Shown here: in pieces, positions 1 through 9,360 of the stretch | How positions within the stretch are numbered: position 1 is the first letter of the stretch | Layout of the letters: every line of letters starts with the position of its first letter | NCBI GenBank assembly: GCA_022827185.1 | Contig: JAJDTM010000026.1 | Span: 27,964 to 91,963 of the forward strand | DNA length: 64,000 bases | DNA from: Candidatus Poribacteria bacterium | Lineage (GTDB): Bacteria; Poribacteria; WGA-4E; WGA-3G | Reading direction: 5' to 3' | The notes under the pieces: generated by a model | Database searches by the model: none | The model's input: only the letters and a program-made list of their open reading frames with translations | Told to the model about the DNA's origin: nothing | Made by a program: the position numbers and the translations under genes

Positions 1-915
1 ATCGACTTCAGTGCCTAACCCGATAAGGTACCAGCGTACCTGGTCGTGCTGTTGGACTTCCAAACCTTGTAAGTTACCAAAGATAAATCCGTTAATGGCG
101 TGCTTAAGGTTTCCTTCTTCGGCTTCTTCAGGCGATTCATAAGCCTCGCTTTGTCCGCTTTCGACGATTTTTCGGTCATTTTCGTTGAATATTAAGAACA
201 GTGTCGTGAATGCTTTGTCAATATCTTTAGGGCGCGGATCATCCGGTGCGCGTTCCATCCCCTTTTTGGTGACGACAACGGTTCCGATTAAGCCGTCGTA
301 AACCTCTGTAACGGCATCGACATGTGAGTGATAAAGCCAGACAATAGACGACGGATCGTTCGGCCCCGGGGCGGCATCGCTATCTGCTTCCCAATGGTAA
401 GTAAAAGTACTACCCGGTTTTACGGCGGCACCGGAACCTTTCATATCTGCGCCTTCGTTTTCTTCGTCGTATTGTAACCCGTGAACGTGAATACTGAGCG
501 GCTTATCCGCGCGATTGAGAAAATGTACCTTCACGCTATCGCCTTCGACGACGTGCAGTTGTGGTCCGAGAATACCCATCCACGCGGGTTGTTCGACTTG
601 TGTCGTGTAGGTGTTATCGGTGTATTGAATGTAGCGGTATTTTTCATACACGAGTGCCTTACCCCAAACGTCCAATCCCATCTCTGGTCTGATGAGGTTT
701 TGTCCACTCGGTGCGTAGTTCCATTCAACTTTCTCGGCGGCGATCCAGTATTCCCGTGTTGCAGCTTCAGCAGTGCCAAGGGAGAGATACAATATAGCAC
801 TGACGCAGATAAGAAAGCGGAGAGATGTAAAAAATTGTGAGTTTCTTGTATTAGGGAAGGTAAATAGCCTGCGAGTGCCCTCTGTTAAGTTTAAATTAGT
901 GATATTGAGACTCAT
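1..915 (-). CDS. Multicopper oxidase, ceruloplasmin/hephaestin-like (3' part runs off the window)
   Basis: Not in the ORF track; translated by hand from ATG at 915. It reads signal peptide, then ATREYWIAAEKVEWNYAP...WMGILGPQLHVVEGDSVKVHFLNRADKPLSIHVHG...WLYHSHVDAVTEVYDGLIG...HAINGFIFGNLQGL...VRWYLIGLGTEVD, with HxH Cu-ligand motifs of cupredoxin domains. Confidence 0.9.
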   Translation of the reverse strand, partial: MSLNITNLNLTEGTRRLFTFPNTRNSQFFTSLRFLICVSAILYLSLGTAEAATREYWIAAEKVEWNYAPSGQNLIRPEMGLDVWGKALVYEKYRYIQYTDNTYTTQVEQPAWMGILGPQLHVVEGDSVKVHFLNRADKPLSIHVHGLQYDEENEGADMKGSGAAVKPGSTFTYHWEADSDAAPGPNDPSSIVWLYHSHVDAVTEVYDGLIGTVVVTKKGMERAPDDPRPKDIDKAFTTLFLIFNENDRKIVESGQSEAYESPEEAEEGNLKHAINGFIFGNLQGLEVQQHDQVRWYLIGLGTEVD

Positions 916-985
916 TTTCAAAACCTGAGACTGTAAAGCAAACCTCATAAAAGTATTAAACCTCAATAGGCTAAATTTGCATTCA

Positions 986-1014
986 ATTATACCACGAAAA
1001 ACAAGACGTGTCAA
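986..1014 (-). promoter_or_regulatory. sigma70 promoter for the multicopper oxidase
   Basis: Minus strand TTGACA-N17-TATAAT, a perfect consensus. Confidence 0.8.
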
Positions 1015-1073
1015 AAAAATCTGGTTGTGTAAGTCAAATTTCTGTTTTCGTGCTCAGCTTGAACGCGTTTTCT

Positions 1074-1928
1074 TCAATCTATTTGGGGATCAAGCGCGTC
1101 TCGGAGTGCATCGCCGAGGAGATTGAAGCCTAAGACGATCAAGAAAATGGCGACCCCCGGAGCGGTGACGGCTAAAGGCGCGCGACGGATGAGGTCCCTG
1201 TTTTCATTAAGCATCGCGCCCCATTCGGGTTCACCAATTTCTGCACCGAGTCCTAAGAAGCTAAGTCCTGCTGCATCTAAGATGGCTGCGCCGATCCCTA
1301 AGGTTGCTTGGACGATCAACGGCGCGATGCAATTCGGGAGAACGGTGGTAAGAAGAATACGACTGTTACTCGCACCGATCACCCTCGCGGCGGTGACATA
1401 GTCTAATTCTCGGACTTTAAGGACTGCAGCGCGCAAAATTCGGGCGTATTGCGGAATATAGACGATTGACACGGCGATAATCGCATTTGTGAGACTCTGA
1501 CCGAGAATTGTCACGATAACCATCGCGAGGAGGATACTCGGCATCGCAAGCATCATGTCCATCACGCGCATAATCAGGTTGTCAAGTTTTCCACCGTAAT
1601 AGCCAGCGATCGCGCCGAAGAGTGTACCGAACCCCACAGAAAAGGTCATTGCGATAAGCCCGACCTTTAGAGATATACGAGTGCCGTAGACAATCCTACT
1701 AAATATATCGCGTCCTACCTTATCGGTCCCGAGATAGTGTGAAGCCGATCCACCTTGGAGACGTTCAATGATATTGGCGTGTCTCGGATCGTGTGTTGCA
1801 ATGAGCGGTGCGAAAATGGCAATCACAATAAAGAATAGGATAATTGATGCACCGATAGTAGCAGAGCGGTGTCTTAAAAGTTTCCGAAAGATATGTTGTT
1901 GGCTACTGGCGGTTGTTGGCGTATTCAT
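1074..1928 (-). CDS. Peptide/nickel ABC transporter permease (DppC/OppC family)
   Basis: HYLGTDKVGRDIFSRIVYG, EAA-like loop DYVTAARVIGAS, GLSFLGLG...PEWG. Confidence 0.93.
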   Translation of the reverse strand: MNTPTTASSQQHIFRKLLRHRSATIGASIILFFIVIAIFAPLIATHDPRHANIIERLQGGSASHYLGTDKVGRDIFSRIVYGTRISLKVGLIAMTFSVGFGTLFGAIAGYYGGKLDNLIMRVMDMMLAMPSILLAMVIVTILGQSLTNAIIAVSIVYIPQYARILRAAVLKVRELDYVTAARVIGASNSRILLTTVLPNCIAPLIVQATLGIGAAILDAAGLSFLGLGAEIGEPEWGAMLNENRDLIRRAPLAVTAPGVAIFLIVLGFNLLGDALRDALDPQID

Positions 1929-2947
1929 TTGGTGTCGTCTCCTATTCGGATACGCGGGTCGAAGTAGGCGTATAACAGGTCCACAATAAGATTGACGAAC
2001 ATAAAGACTGTCGCGACGAAAAGCACACCACCTTGGACTGCCCGGATGTCACGAGCCTCGACTGCGGCGCGCAGCCATGAACCGAGTCCGGGCCAAGAGA
2101 AGATATGCTCAGTTAAAATCGCGCCACCCAGTAGGTAACCGAATTCTAAGCCGATAACTGTCAAGACTGGCACCATGCTATTCTTCATGGCGTGTTTGCT
2201 GATGACTTTCCAGCGAGTCAAGCCTTTCGCATAAGCCGTCGTAATATACGGCTGATTTAGCACTTCAAGGAGGCTGGAACGGGTCATCCGAGCAATAATC
2301 GCTAACGGGATGGTGCCTAATGTAATTGCGGGGAGGATTAGGTGGGCAACGGCACTTCGGAAGGCGGTAAAGTTTCCTGTAAGCAGTGTATCAATAAGAT
2401 AAAAGCCGGTGCGTGTTTGGATGTCTAAGTCTAAGAGGGTATCCAACCGACCACTGCTTGGTAATATTGGAAGAAAATAGGAAAAAAGCAGAATGAGCAT
2501 CAGTCCGAGCCAGAAGATCGGCATTGAGATTCCGGCGAGGGATACCGACATCGAAAAATAGTCCAAGAATTTTCCGCGAGAGATTGCGGCAATAACACCC
2601 GCAGCGATACCGAACAGCATTGAAAATGCCATCGCTGCGAGGGTTAATTCAGCCGTTGCTGGGAAATAGCGTCTGATTTCATCGACCACGGGTTGTTTCG
2701 TTTTGAAAGAGCGTCCGAAATCAAGATGCGCGGCATCCCACAGGAATTTGGCGTATTGGTGGTACAGCGGTTTATCAAGTCCCATCTCCTTTCGGAGTTC
2801 GGTAAGTGCAGCTTCGGTCGCGCGTTCTCCCAAGATAGCGACAGCGGCATCGCCCGGGATGAGATGCACCATGAGAAAAACAAGGAGCGACACCGCTAAC
2901 AGAGATAAACCGATCGAAAGAAAACGCTGGAGGAGATAAGAGAGCAA
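1925..2947 (-). CDS. Peptide/nickel ABC transporter permease (DppB/OppB family)
   Basis: LIPGDAA, GLDKPLYHQY, ARMTRSSLLEVL, LTEHIFSWPGLG, DLLYAYFDPRIR; 4-nt overlap with the DppC-like gene. Confidence 0.93.
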   Translation of the reverse strand: MLSYLLQRFLSIGLSLLAVSLLVFLMVHLIPGDAAVAILGERATEAALTELRKEMGLDKPLYHQYAKFLWDAAHLDFGRSFKTKQPVVDEIRRYFPATAELTLAAMAFSMLFGIAAGVIAAISRGKFLDYFSMSVSLAGISMPIFWLGLMLILLFSYFLPILPSSGRLDTLLDLDIQTRTGFYLIDTLLTGNFTAFRSAVAHLILPAITLGTIPLAIIARMTRSSLLEVLNQPYITTAYAKGLTRWKVISKHAMKNSMVPVLTVIGLEFGYLLGGAILTEHIFSWPGLGSWLRAAVEARDIRAVQGGVLFVATVFMFVNLIVDLLYAYFDPRIRIGDDTK

Positions 2948-2996
2948 AAGTCAACCTTCCGTGAAAAGCACTCTGTGGAGGCCCATGGTTTAAAAA

Positions 2997-3824
2997 TTAG
3001 AAAAATGGGTTGTGCAGTTTTTCCTCACCGACGGTGGTGGAAGGACCGTGTCCAGGAAAGAGTCTAACCGAATCTGGAAGGGACAATAGATTGTCACGAA
3101 CGCTTTCAATTTCATCCTGATAGGAGATGTTAGGTCCACCGACGGAACCCGCGAAGATCGCGTCGCCGACGAATGCTACATTCTGTGTGAGAAAACTGCA
3201 TCCACCGGTTGTATGTCCGGGCGTATTGACAACGGTTACCATCAGTTCACCGACAGAGAGGACATCACCATGAATGACTTCACGCAATGTGTTGTGGCTC
3301 TGCGGTTTCGGTTCGTTTTTGTGGATGTAGGTCTCGCATCCTGTTTCGGTTTGAAGTTTCGGTAATCCATTGGTATGATCGCCATGGGCGTGCGTCAGCA
3401 GGATCGCAGTCGGATTCACAGGACGCGCATCGAGTTGTTCTAAGATGAGGTCTGGATGCGCAGCAGTATCAATAACTGCGGCATCGTCGGTCGCTTTGCA
3501 GATCAAGAGATAGGCATTGACGGGCCACCCGCCGACGGGCGCGCTAATTGTGATGACCTCAAGATTTGCGTCGCTACCTTGTGAGGGCGATTCGGGTGCC
3601 CACTGTTCTGTTGCAATATCGAGTAGCTTGGCACCGTCCAAATTCAGGACCTCTGCGAGCCGAAAAACTTGCGTTTCTGTCGGTTTTAAGGTATACTGTT
3701 CCATACGACCGAGTTCTGCCTCTGTAATACCCGCAGCAGCTGCGATTTCACTTTGAGACAGATTTTGCCCACGTCGGGCTTTGCCGATAATATCACCAAA
3801 TTCATCTTCAAGTGCGTATGCCAT
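2997..3824 (-). CDS. MBL-fold metallo-hydrolase (glyoxalase II-like) with N-terminal XRE-like HTH
   Basis: THAHGDH, TPGHTTG, GDAIFAGSVG, PGHGPSTTVGEEKLHNPF; N-terminal ARRGQNLSQSEIAAAAGI...LAEVLNL helix-turn-helix. Confidence 0.88.
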   Translation of the reverse strand: MAYALEDEFGDIIGKARRGQNLSQSEIAAAAGITEAELGRMEQYTLKPTETQVFRLAEVLNLDGAKLLDIATEQWAPESPSQGSDANLEVITISAPVGGWPVNAYLLICKATDDAAVIDTAAHPDLILEQLDARPVNPTAILLTHAHGDHTNGLPKLQTETGCETYIHKNEPKPQSHNTLREVIHGDVLSVGELMVTVVNTPGHTTGGCSFLTQNVAFVGDAIFAGSVGGPNISYQDEIESVRDNLLSLPDSVRLFPGHGPSTTVGEEKLHNPFF

Positions 3825-3924
3825 GGTGGTGTTCTCCTTGCTGTGTTGATTTAAGGAACATTATAGCAAAAAACACAGTGTGATGCAATTGAAAATAGGT
3901 GGTATCGGAGAAGGAGAGGTTCTG

Positions 3925-4497
3925 ATGGACATTCCGAAAAATGGATATGAACAAGCGGCAATATCCCTCGCGCCGCTGGAAACCGATATGACGTTGGAAG
4001 ATTTTCTGGAAACCGATTTAGAGGGCTATGAATATGTGAAAGGAAAGTTAATACCGATGGCGCCTCCGACAATAGAACACGGTGAAATCAGTATGAATCT
4101 CAGTTTTCTTTTGGGTTTGCACGTTCGGGAGAATCAGCTGGGACGTTTGTATCCAGCTGATACAGACTTTAGATTAGGGGATCGATTGGTTAAACCGGAT
4201 GTAGCGTTTGTTTCATCGGCGAGGCTTCCCGCTGACAGACGCAAAGCGTTTTCCATCCCACCGGATCTGGCGGTTGAAGTTCTCTCACCATCGGATATTC
4301 AGTATCGTGTGCTTGAAAAGGTTTTTGCCTATCTGGACGCGGGAACGCGTCTTGTTTGGGTGATTGAACCAGTCGGACAAACGGTGACGGTGTATCGTTC
4401 TAAAGCAGACATCAAAACCCTCACTTATGACGACACACTGACGGGTGAAGATGTCGTTGAAGGTTTTTCGTGTCAAGTCGCACAACTTTTTGAATAA
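3925..4497 (+). CDS. Uma2-family (DUF820) putative endonuclease
   Basis: YEYVKGKL, KPDVAFV, PDLAVEVLSPSD, YLDAGTRLVWVIEP; ATG 3925 follows an AGGAG RBS. Confidence 0.9.
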   Translation: MDIPKNGYEQAAISLAPLETDMTLEDFLETDLEGYEYVKGKLIPMAPPTIEHGEISMNLSFLLGLHVRENQLGRLYPADTDFRLGDRLVKPDVAFVSSARLPADRRKAFSIPPDLAVEVLSPSDIQYRVLEKVFAYLDAGTRLVWVIEPVGQTVTVYRSKADIKTLTYDDTLTGEDVVEGFSCQVAQLFE

Positions 4498-5305
4498 GAA
4501 GGAGATTTTATGAAGCTTGGTTTAGTTACATATAATATGGCAAAAGATTGGGATGTTCCCACAATCATTGAACAGTGTGTGGAGACAGGATTTAAGGGCG
4601 TGGAATTGCGGACGACGCATGCCCACGGCGTTGAAGTTGAACTCTCCGCAAGCGAACGCGCAGCGGTAAAACAGCAATTTGACGATTCGCCGATTGAGAT
4701 TGCTGGCTTAGGTTCAGCATTTGACTATCATGCCGTGGATCAAGCCGTTGTTCGGGAAAATATAGAAGGAACGAAGGTATACTCGCAACTCGCAGCGGAT
4801 GTCGGGGCACCCGGTGTGAAAGTGCGTCCGAATGGACTTCCTGATGAAGTGCCTGTTGAAAAGACCCTTGAGCAAATTGGATTAGCGTTGCGCGAGTGTG
4901 GCGAATTCGCTGCCGACCTCGGCGTACAGATTCGGTTGGAAGTGCACGGCGGTGGCACCTCCGAACTCCGACATATCCGCACGATTATTGATGTCGCTGA
5001 TCACGACAACGTCTATGTCTGCTGGAATTCCAACTTCGGTGAAGTGGAAAACGGGTCGATTCAAAAGAATTTTGATCTCGTGAAAGGCAGAATCGGTTTG
5101 GTGCATATCACGGAGCTGCATCGGCGCGAGTATCCGTGGCGGGAACTTTTTACGTCGTTGAAAGTGTCTGGATATACAGGTTACACCCTTGCGGAAATCG
5201 CGGGAAGCTCTGATCCCGTGCGCGTGATGAATTTTTATCGGGCATTGTGGGAAGAATTAGCAAGATAAAAGCTTTTCGTGTCAAGTTTCACAGCTTTTTG
5301 AATGA
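4465..5305 (+). repeat. 33-bp imperfect direct repeat (4465-4497 and 5273-5305) flanking the TIM-barrel gene
   Basis: ttttcgtgtcaagtcgcacaactttttgaataa vs ttttcgtgtcaagtttcacagctttttgaatga (29/33 identical); both read FSCQVxQLFE-stop. Confidence 0.8.
4510..5268 (+). CDS. Sugar phosphate isomerase/epimerase (xylose isomerase-like TIM barrel)
   Basis: GFKGVELR, IRLEVHG, VHITEL, GYTGYTLAE metal-binding pattern. Confidence 0.85.
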   Translation: MKLGLVTYNMAKDWDVPTIIEQCVETGFKGVELRTTHAHGVEVELSASERAAVKQQFDDSPIEIAGLGSAFDYHAVDQAVVRENIEGTKVYSQLAADVGAPGVKVRPNGLPDEVPVEKTLEQIGLALRECGEFAADLGVQIRLEVHGGGTSELRHIRTIIDVADHDNVYVCWNSNFGEVENGSIQKNFDLVKGRIGLVHITELHRREYPWRELFTSLKVSGYTGYTLAEIAGSSDPVRVMNFYRALWEELAR

Positions 5306-5317
5306 GGATAGATACTA

Positions 5318-7636
5318 TTGCTCAGATCGCGAATTTACATTTTATCTATAGGGATACTTCTTTTGACCGCTATCAATATCGGTGCTGCGCCTGAAACGGT
5401 CTATCTTCGCAATGCTGTTTGGACAGTTGATATTGATCCCCAGTCGCTCGCTGTGGAGACATATCCGGCGGATTCGGAAATATCCTTGCCGATTTCATGG
5501 GAACAGACCGGTCTCGGCACTATAACGGAATTCTCTCAAGAAGGCAATACTGTCAGTTGGCGGATACCGGAGCGTTTTCTCACCGTCCGCTTTGAACTGA
5601 TAGACGATACGTTATCCGTTGAATTTATTCAAGATAAACGGACAAATGACGCATTAAGTGTAACATGGCCCGTTATTGAAGATTTCGAGTCGCTCCGCGG
5701 TTATATTTTCCCCTTTTTTGAGGGGAGTTATGTTCCGAAAGATGATGTTATGTGGCGGGACTTCTTATGCGAACGGGGACCGATAAACACAACCGCGGGT
5801 CTCTCAATGCCGTTCTGGGGGTTGCATCTCGCTGATCGAACGCTTACCTACATTTTAACCAATCCTTTCAACAACCAAATCCATTTCAATAAGACGTTAA
5901 CGCATGGGTTAGGCATGCAGGTATCGCATACCTTCACACCCAATTGGGAACAGAAAAGGTATGCGGTGCGTATCACTCTTGATGCAGCATCGCCGGTTGC
6001 CCCTGCCAAGCGTTACCGAAAATGGCTGAAACAGAATGCCGAATTTGTTTCTTTTACTGAAAAGATTCAAAAGACGCCTGCCGCGGAGAAGTTACTCGGT
6101 GCTGCACATATCTATCTCTGGGGGGGTAAACTCCTCAGCCAATACGATGTAACGGATTGGAAGGCGTTTGCAACAGGACTGAGTGGTGATACCAAGGTTA
6201 CGAAGCGGATCTGGACGCAACTGAACGTAGAGGTGCGGAAAGCAATTCTTGAAATTGTTCAGGTGGACTATCCGTCCAAGTACAGTTTACGCGTTGTCAG
6301 TCGTGCGATAAGTGAGCAACTTGAAAAGCAGCGTTTTTACGAGCCAATCACTTGGACAGAGATTCCCCTTACGTCAGAAGCAGAAGCGTTAATCTCGCGA
6401 GACGTATCCATGTTATCGCTGCCTGAGCTTTATCGCCGCAACTGCCTTCTATTCTACGCCGCGTTTTCTGACACATTACGGCACCCAGACGAGTGGGGCG
6501 ATGGACTCTCTGTGAAGTTGCTGGAGCAATTTGCTGAAAACGGATTGGATAGGCTCTGGCTCGGCGTGGATTCATGGCAAGAAGGGTTTCGGCATCCGAA
6601 GGCTGTAGCGAAGGCGAAAGCACTCGGTTATCTGATTGGACCGTATGACTCCTATCATAGTATCCATCATCCGAACGAAAAGGATACATGGGAGACTGCC
6701 CAGTTTGATCTGACGCTTTATGAGACCGGTGCGATTGTCAACGCCGACGGCACGAAGCGTCGGGGGTTTAAAAAGAAAGGGTACCACTTAAGCCCGATCA
6801 TGGCGCAGCCTTATGTCGAAAAGCGCGTCAACGGTATTGTTGAACAGATGCCGATAGATTTCAATACATGGTTTATTGATTGTGATGCTTACGGTGAACT
6901 CTACGACGATTATTCGGCATCCCATCCGGCAACACAGTTAGATGATATGAACGCACGACTTGCGCGGATCGTGTGGATTCGGGATACACACCATAAGGTT
7001 GTCGGTTCAGAGGGTGGTGCTGCCTATTCGGCATCGGTGCTTCATTTCGCACACGGGATGACGGTTCCTGTCATCGGGTGGGGTGATCCAGATATGAAGT
7101 CGAAGACCTCGCCTTATTATGTTGGTGGGTATTGGCCCCCGGAAGGGCCAGCGGTTCACATCAAGCAGGTGCCTCTCAAATCGAAATATCTGTATCACTA
7201 CTACGATCCGCGTTTCCGATTACCGCTCTACCAGATTGTATTTCACGACTCGGTGATAACAACGCATCATTGGGGGGCTGGTAGTCTCAAGTTTGAGAAT
7301 GCTATAGGAACGTTGGCATTGTTAGAGTTGCTCTACAATGTGCCACCGTTGTATCATCTGAACATAGCAGAATTTGAAAAGCATAAAGCGTGGATAAAGA
7401 AGTACTACGCATTCTTTTCCCCGTTGCATCGGCAGATCGGTGGACGGGCAATGACCGATTTTGCGTGGTTGAGTCATGACAAGCAAATCCAGCGCATTGA
7501 GTTTGGGAATATGGTTGAGATGTACGCGAACTTTGGAACGGATCGATTTAGGTATAAGGGCATGATAATTCCAGCGAGAAGCGTGGTTGCGAGATGGATT
7601 GACACCGGTAAAATTAAGGTGTTTTCTGTATTCTGA
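5318..7636 (+). CDS. Secreted glycoside hydrolase (GH129/GH101-like)
   Basis: Signal peptide; LSMPFWG, KLLGAAHIYLWG, GYLIGPYDSYHS, WFIDCDA, VGSEGG, RLPLYQIVFHDSVITTHHW. Confidence 0.7.
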   Translation: MLRSRIYILSIGILLLTAINIGAAPETVYLRNAVWTVDIDPQSLAVETYPADSEISLPISWEQTGLGTITEFSQEGNTVSWRIPERFLTVRFELIDDTLSVEFIQDKRTNDALSVTWPVIEDFESLRGYIFPFFEGSYVPKDDVMWRDFLCERGPINTTAGLSMPFWGLHLADRTLTYILTNPFNNQIHFNKTLTHGLGMQVSHTFTPNWEQKRYAVRITLDAASPVAPAKRYRKWLKQNAEFVSFTEKIQKTPAAEKLLGAAHIYLWGGKLLSQYDVTDWKAFATGLSGDTKVTKRIWTQLNVEVRKAILEIVQVDYPSKYSLRVVSRAISEQLEKQRFYEPITWTEIPLTSEAEALISRDVSMLSLPELYRRNCLLFYAAFSDTLRHPDEWGDGLSVKLLEQFAENGLDRLWLGVDSWQEGFRHPKAVAKAKALGYLIGPYDSYHSIHHPNEKDTWETAQFDLTLYETGAIVNADGTKRRGFKKKGYHLSPIMAQPYVEKRVNGIVEQMPIDFNTWFIDCDAYGELYDDYSASHPATQLDDMNARLARIVWIRDTHHKVVGSEGGAAYSASVLHFAHGMTVPVIGWGDPDMKSKTSPYYVGGYWPPEGPAVHIKQVPLKSKYLYHYYDPRFRLPLYQIVFHDSVITTHHWGAGSLKFENAIGTLALLELLYNVPPLYHLNIAEFEKHKAWIKKYYAFFSPLHRQIGGRAMTDFAWLSHDKQIQRIEFGNMVEMYANFGTDRFRYKGMIIPARSVVARWIDTGKIKVFSVF

Positions 7637-7652
7637 TAATGAAGGAAAAGTT

Positions 7653-8042
7653 ATGAATCAGATTGAATTTTATCAAGCTAAACTCAATTATGAAACAGAT
7701 TCTTGGGATCTTTATGAGGCACTCAATAACGGAGAACCTATCGTCGTCATAGATGCGCGTTCTCCAGAGGCTTACGCACTTGAACACATACCTACATCCA
7801 TAAATATACCGCATCGAACAATGTCTGAGACGACTACAAGTGAACTTGATAAATCAAAGGTGTATGTGACATACTGTGATGGTATCGGCTGTAATGCTTC
7901 TACCAAAGGTGCCTTGAATATGGCGAAGTTGGGGTTTCAGGTTAAGGAGCTGATGGGGGGTTTGGATTGGTGGAAGCGTGATGGCTATGAAACAAAAGGT
8001 AAGCAAGGCGTTTCGGGAACTGAAGTTGTGTGCGGATGCTAA
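7653..8042 (+). CDS. Rhodanese-like domain protein
   Basis: VIDARSPEAYALEHIP, VTYCDGIGCN, ELMGGLDWW; C-terminal CGC. Confidence 0.88.
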   Translation: MNQIEFYQAKLNYETDSWDLYEALNNGEPIVVIDARSPEAYALEHIPTSINIPHRTMSETTTSELDKSKVYVTYCDGIGCNASTKGALNMAKLGFQVKELMGGLDWWKRDGYETKGKQGVSGTEVVCGC

Positions 8043-8064
8043 AGACAGTAGTAAAAAATTTAAT

Positions 8065-8166
8065 TTGCAACAGCAGACAAGATACGGTATAATTAACGTC
8101 AGTCTATTTCGCGTACAGCAAAAAAGTAGTATTTAACTTGCAATTGCTGACGGGATAGGGTATAAT
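8065..8166 (+). promoter_or_regulatory. Two tandem sigma70 promoters upstream of tRNA-Asn
   Basis: TTGCAA-N17-TATAAT at 8065-8093 and again at 8138-8166. Confidence 0.8.
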
Positions 8167-8178
8167 TAATATTAATAT

Positions 8179-8251
8179 TCCCCCATAGCTCAGTCGGTAG
8201 AGCAGATGGCTGTTAACCATCGTGTCGGCGGTTCGAGTCCGTCTGGGGGAG
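8179..8251 (+). tRNA. tRNA-Asn(GTT)
   Basis: Acceptor stem TCCCCCA/TGGGGGA, D-arm GCTCAGTCGGTAGAGC, anticodon arm GATGG-CTGTTAA-CCATC, T-loop GTTCGAG; CCA not encoded. Confidence 0.97.
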
Positions 8252-8352
8252 TTTTCAATTTTGCTGGCGGGCTTTGGTGGTCAAGGTTCGTCAGCAAAAA
8301 TTTTTTAACATGCCTTGTTCAAACTTGCTCTATTTCTCCAATGGAGGTCAAC

Positions 8353-9177
8353 ATGCCTAAGAAATTTACCGATGCACAGCTGGATGAACTCTTAGCGAAA
8401 GGCTACTTAATTGTACCCGACTACTATTCAGGTGAACAACTTGCGGAGATGCAAGCTGCTCAACGCCGTGTACTCCCGACATGGGAAGAAGTTAAGGATG
8501 ACCCGCCCCCCGGTGGCGCGATTTTGACCGAATTCCCGCCCGCTGAAATGGCGTTACTGCGCGGCATCGTGGATCACGATGCATGGGAATTCGCACGTAA
8601 ATTTCTGAAAACGGAGCATATTCATTTCCGTGCTGGGTGTATGATTGCACGCTATCCCGGATTTAAAGGCCCGGGTGTTGATAGCGATCCGAGCAATTTG
8701 CACATTGATAACGGCAACAACTCACTGCTACCACAATCTGAGAGTGCTCGTGAATTTGGGCAACTCGGCTTTTGGGTACACCTTGAGGATGTAGACAAAG
8801 ACCAAGCACCGCTTAGACTTCTTGCGAAGGAATACGGACGGGATACCTCTAAATACGAACCTCTTGTTTGTAAAGGCGGAACTGTCTGTATTTTTAACAA
8901 CTATACACTGCATTCAGCGAGCGATTATCTACGGGAAGACGGACAACGTTTCACGTGGGGATTCGGTCTGGGACGCGCAGACCACTATTGGGAAGGTTTT
9001 CGGCACTACACAGATAAAGGGCGAAACGCGACATTCTCAAAATTCATCGGCACGCTAACGGCAGCGGAGCGTGAGGTTTTTCGATTTCCACCCGCGGGGC
9101 ACCCATACTACACACCGCAAACGCTTCAGGCGTTAGAAGAACAGTATCCCGGTTGGAACGCACGTGGAGAGTATTAG
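8353..9177 (+). CDS. Phytanoyl-CoA dioxygenase (PhyH) family Fe(II)/2OG oxygenase
   Basis: GYLIVPDY, HxD (LHIDNG), WVHLEDVD, distal His (YTLHSA). ATG 8353 follows GGAGG; the track's upstream extension overlaps the tRNA. Confidence 0.8.
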   Translation: MPKKFTDAQLDELLAKGYLIVPDYYSGEQLAEMQAAQRRVLPTWEEVKDDPPPGGAILTEFPPAEMALLRGIVDHDAWEFARKFLKTEHIHFRAGCMIARYPGFKGPGVDSDPSNLHIDNGNNSLLPQSESAREFGQLGFWVHLEDVDKDQAPLRLLAKEYGRDTSKYEPLVCKGGTVCIFNNYTLHSASDYLREDGQRFTWGFGLGRADHYWEGFRHYTDKGRNATFSKFIGTLTAAEREVFRFPPAGHPYYTPQTLQALEEQYPGWNARGEY

Positions 9178-9360
9178 TCGTATATTTGTTAAATGCCCCA
9201 ACTGATTACCTTTTCAGGCGTAAGTACCCTTAAAGCATATCAAGATTATTTTCGCACGCTTGAGCTCGTCCTCTCTGTTTTCCAATTCTACGTCTTTAGC
9301 TTGGAGTGTCGTGATGCTTCGTCATTGTGTAAGTCCTATTGAATATGAGGATTGTTTTTC

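Noticed and set aside
481-840. Track ORFs 481-840(+) and 531-800(-)
   Set aside because: Shadow frames of the multicopper oxidase at 1-915(-).
8206-8352. N-terminal extension of the PhyH ORF
   Set aside because: Overlaps tRNA-Asn; a better RBS and ATG lie at 8353.
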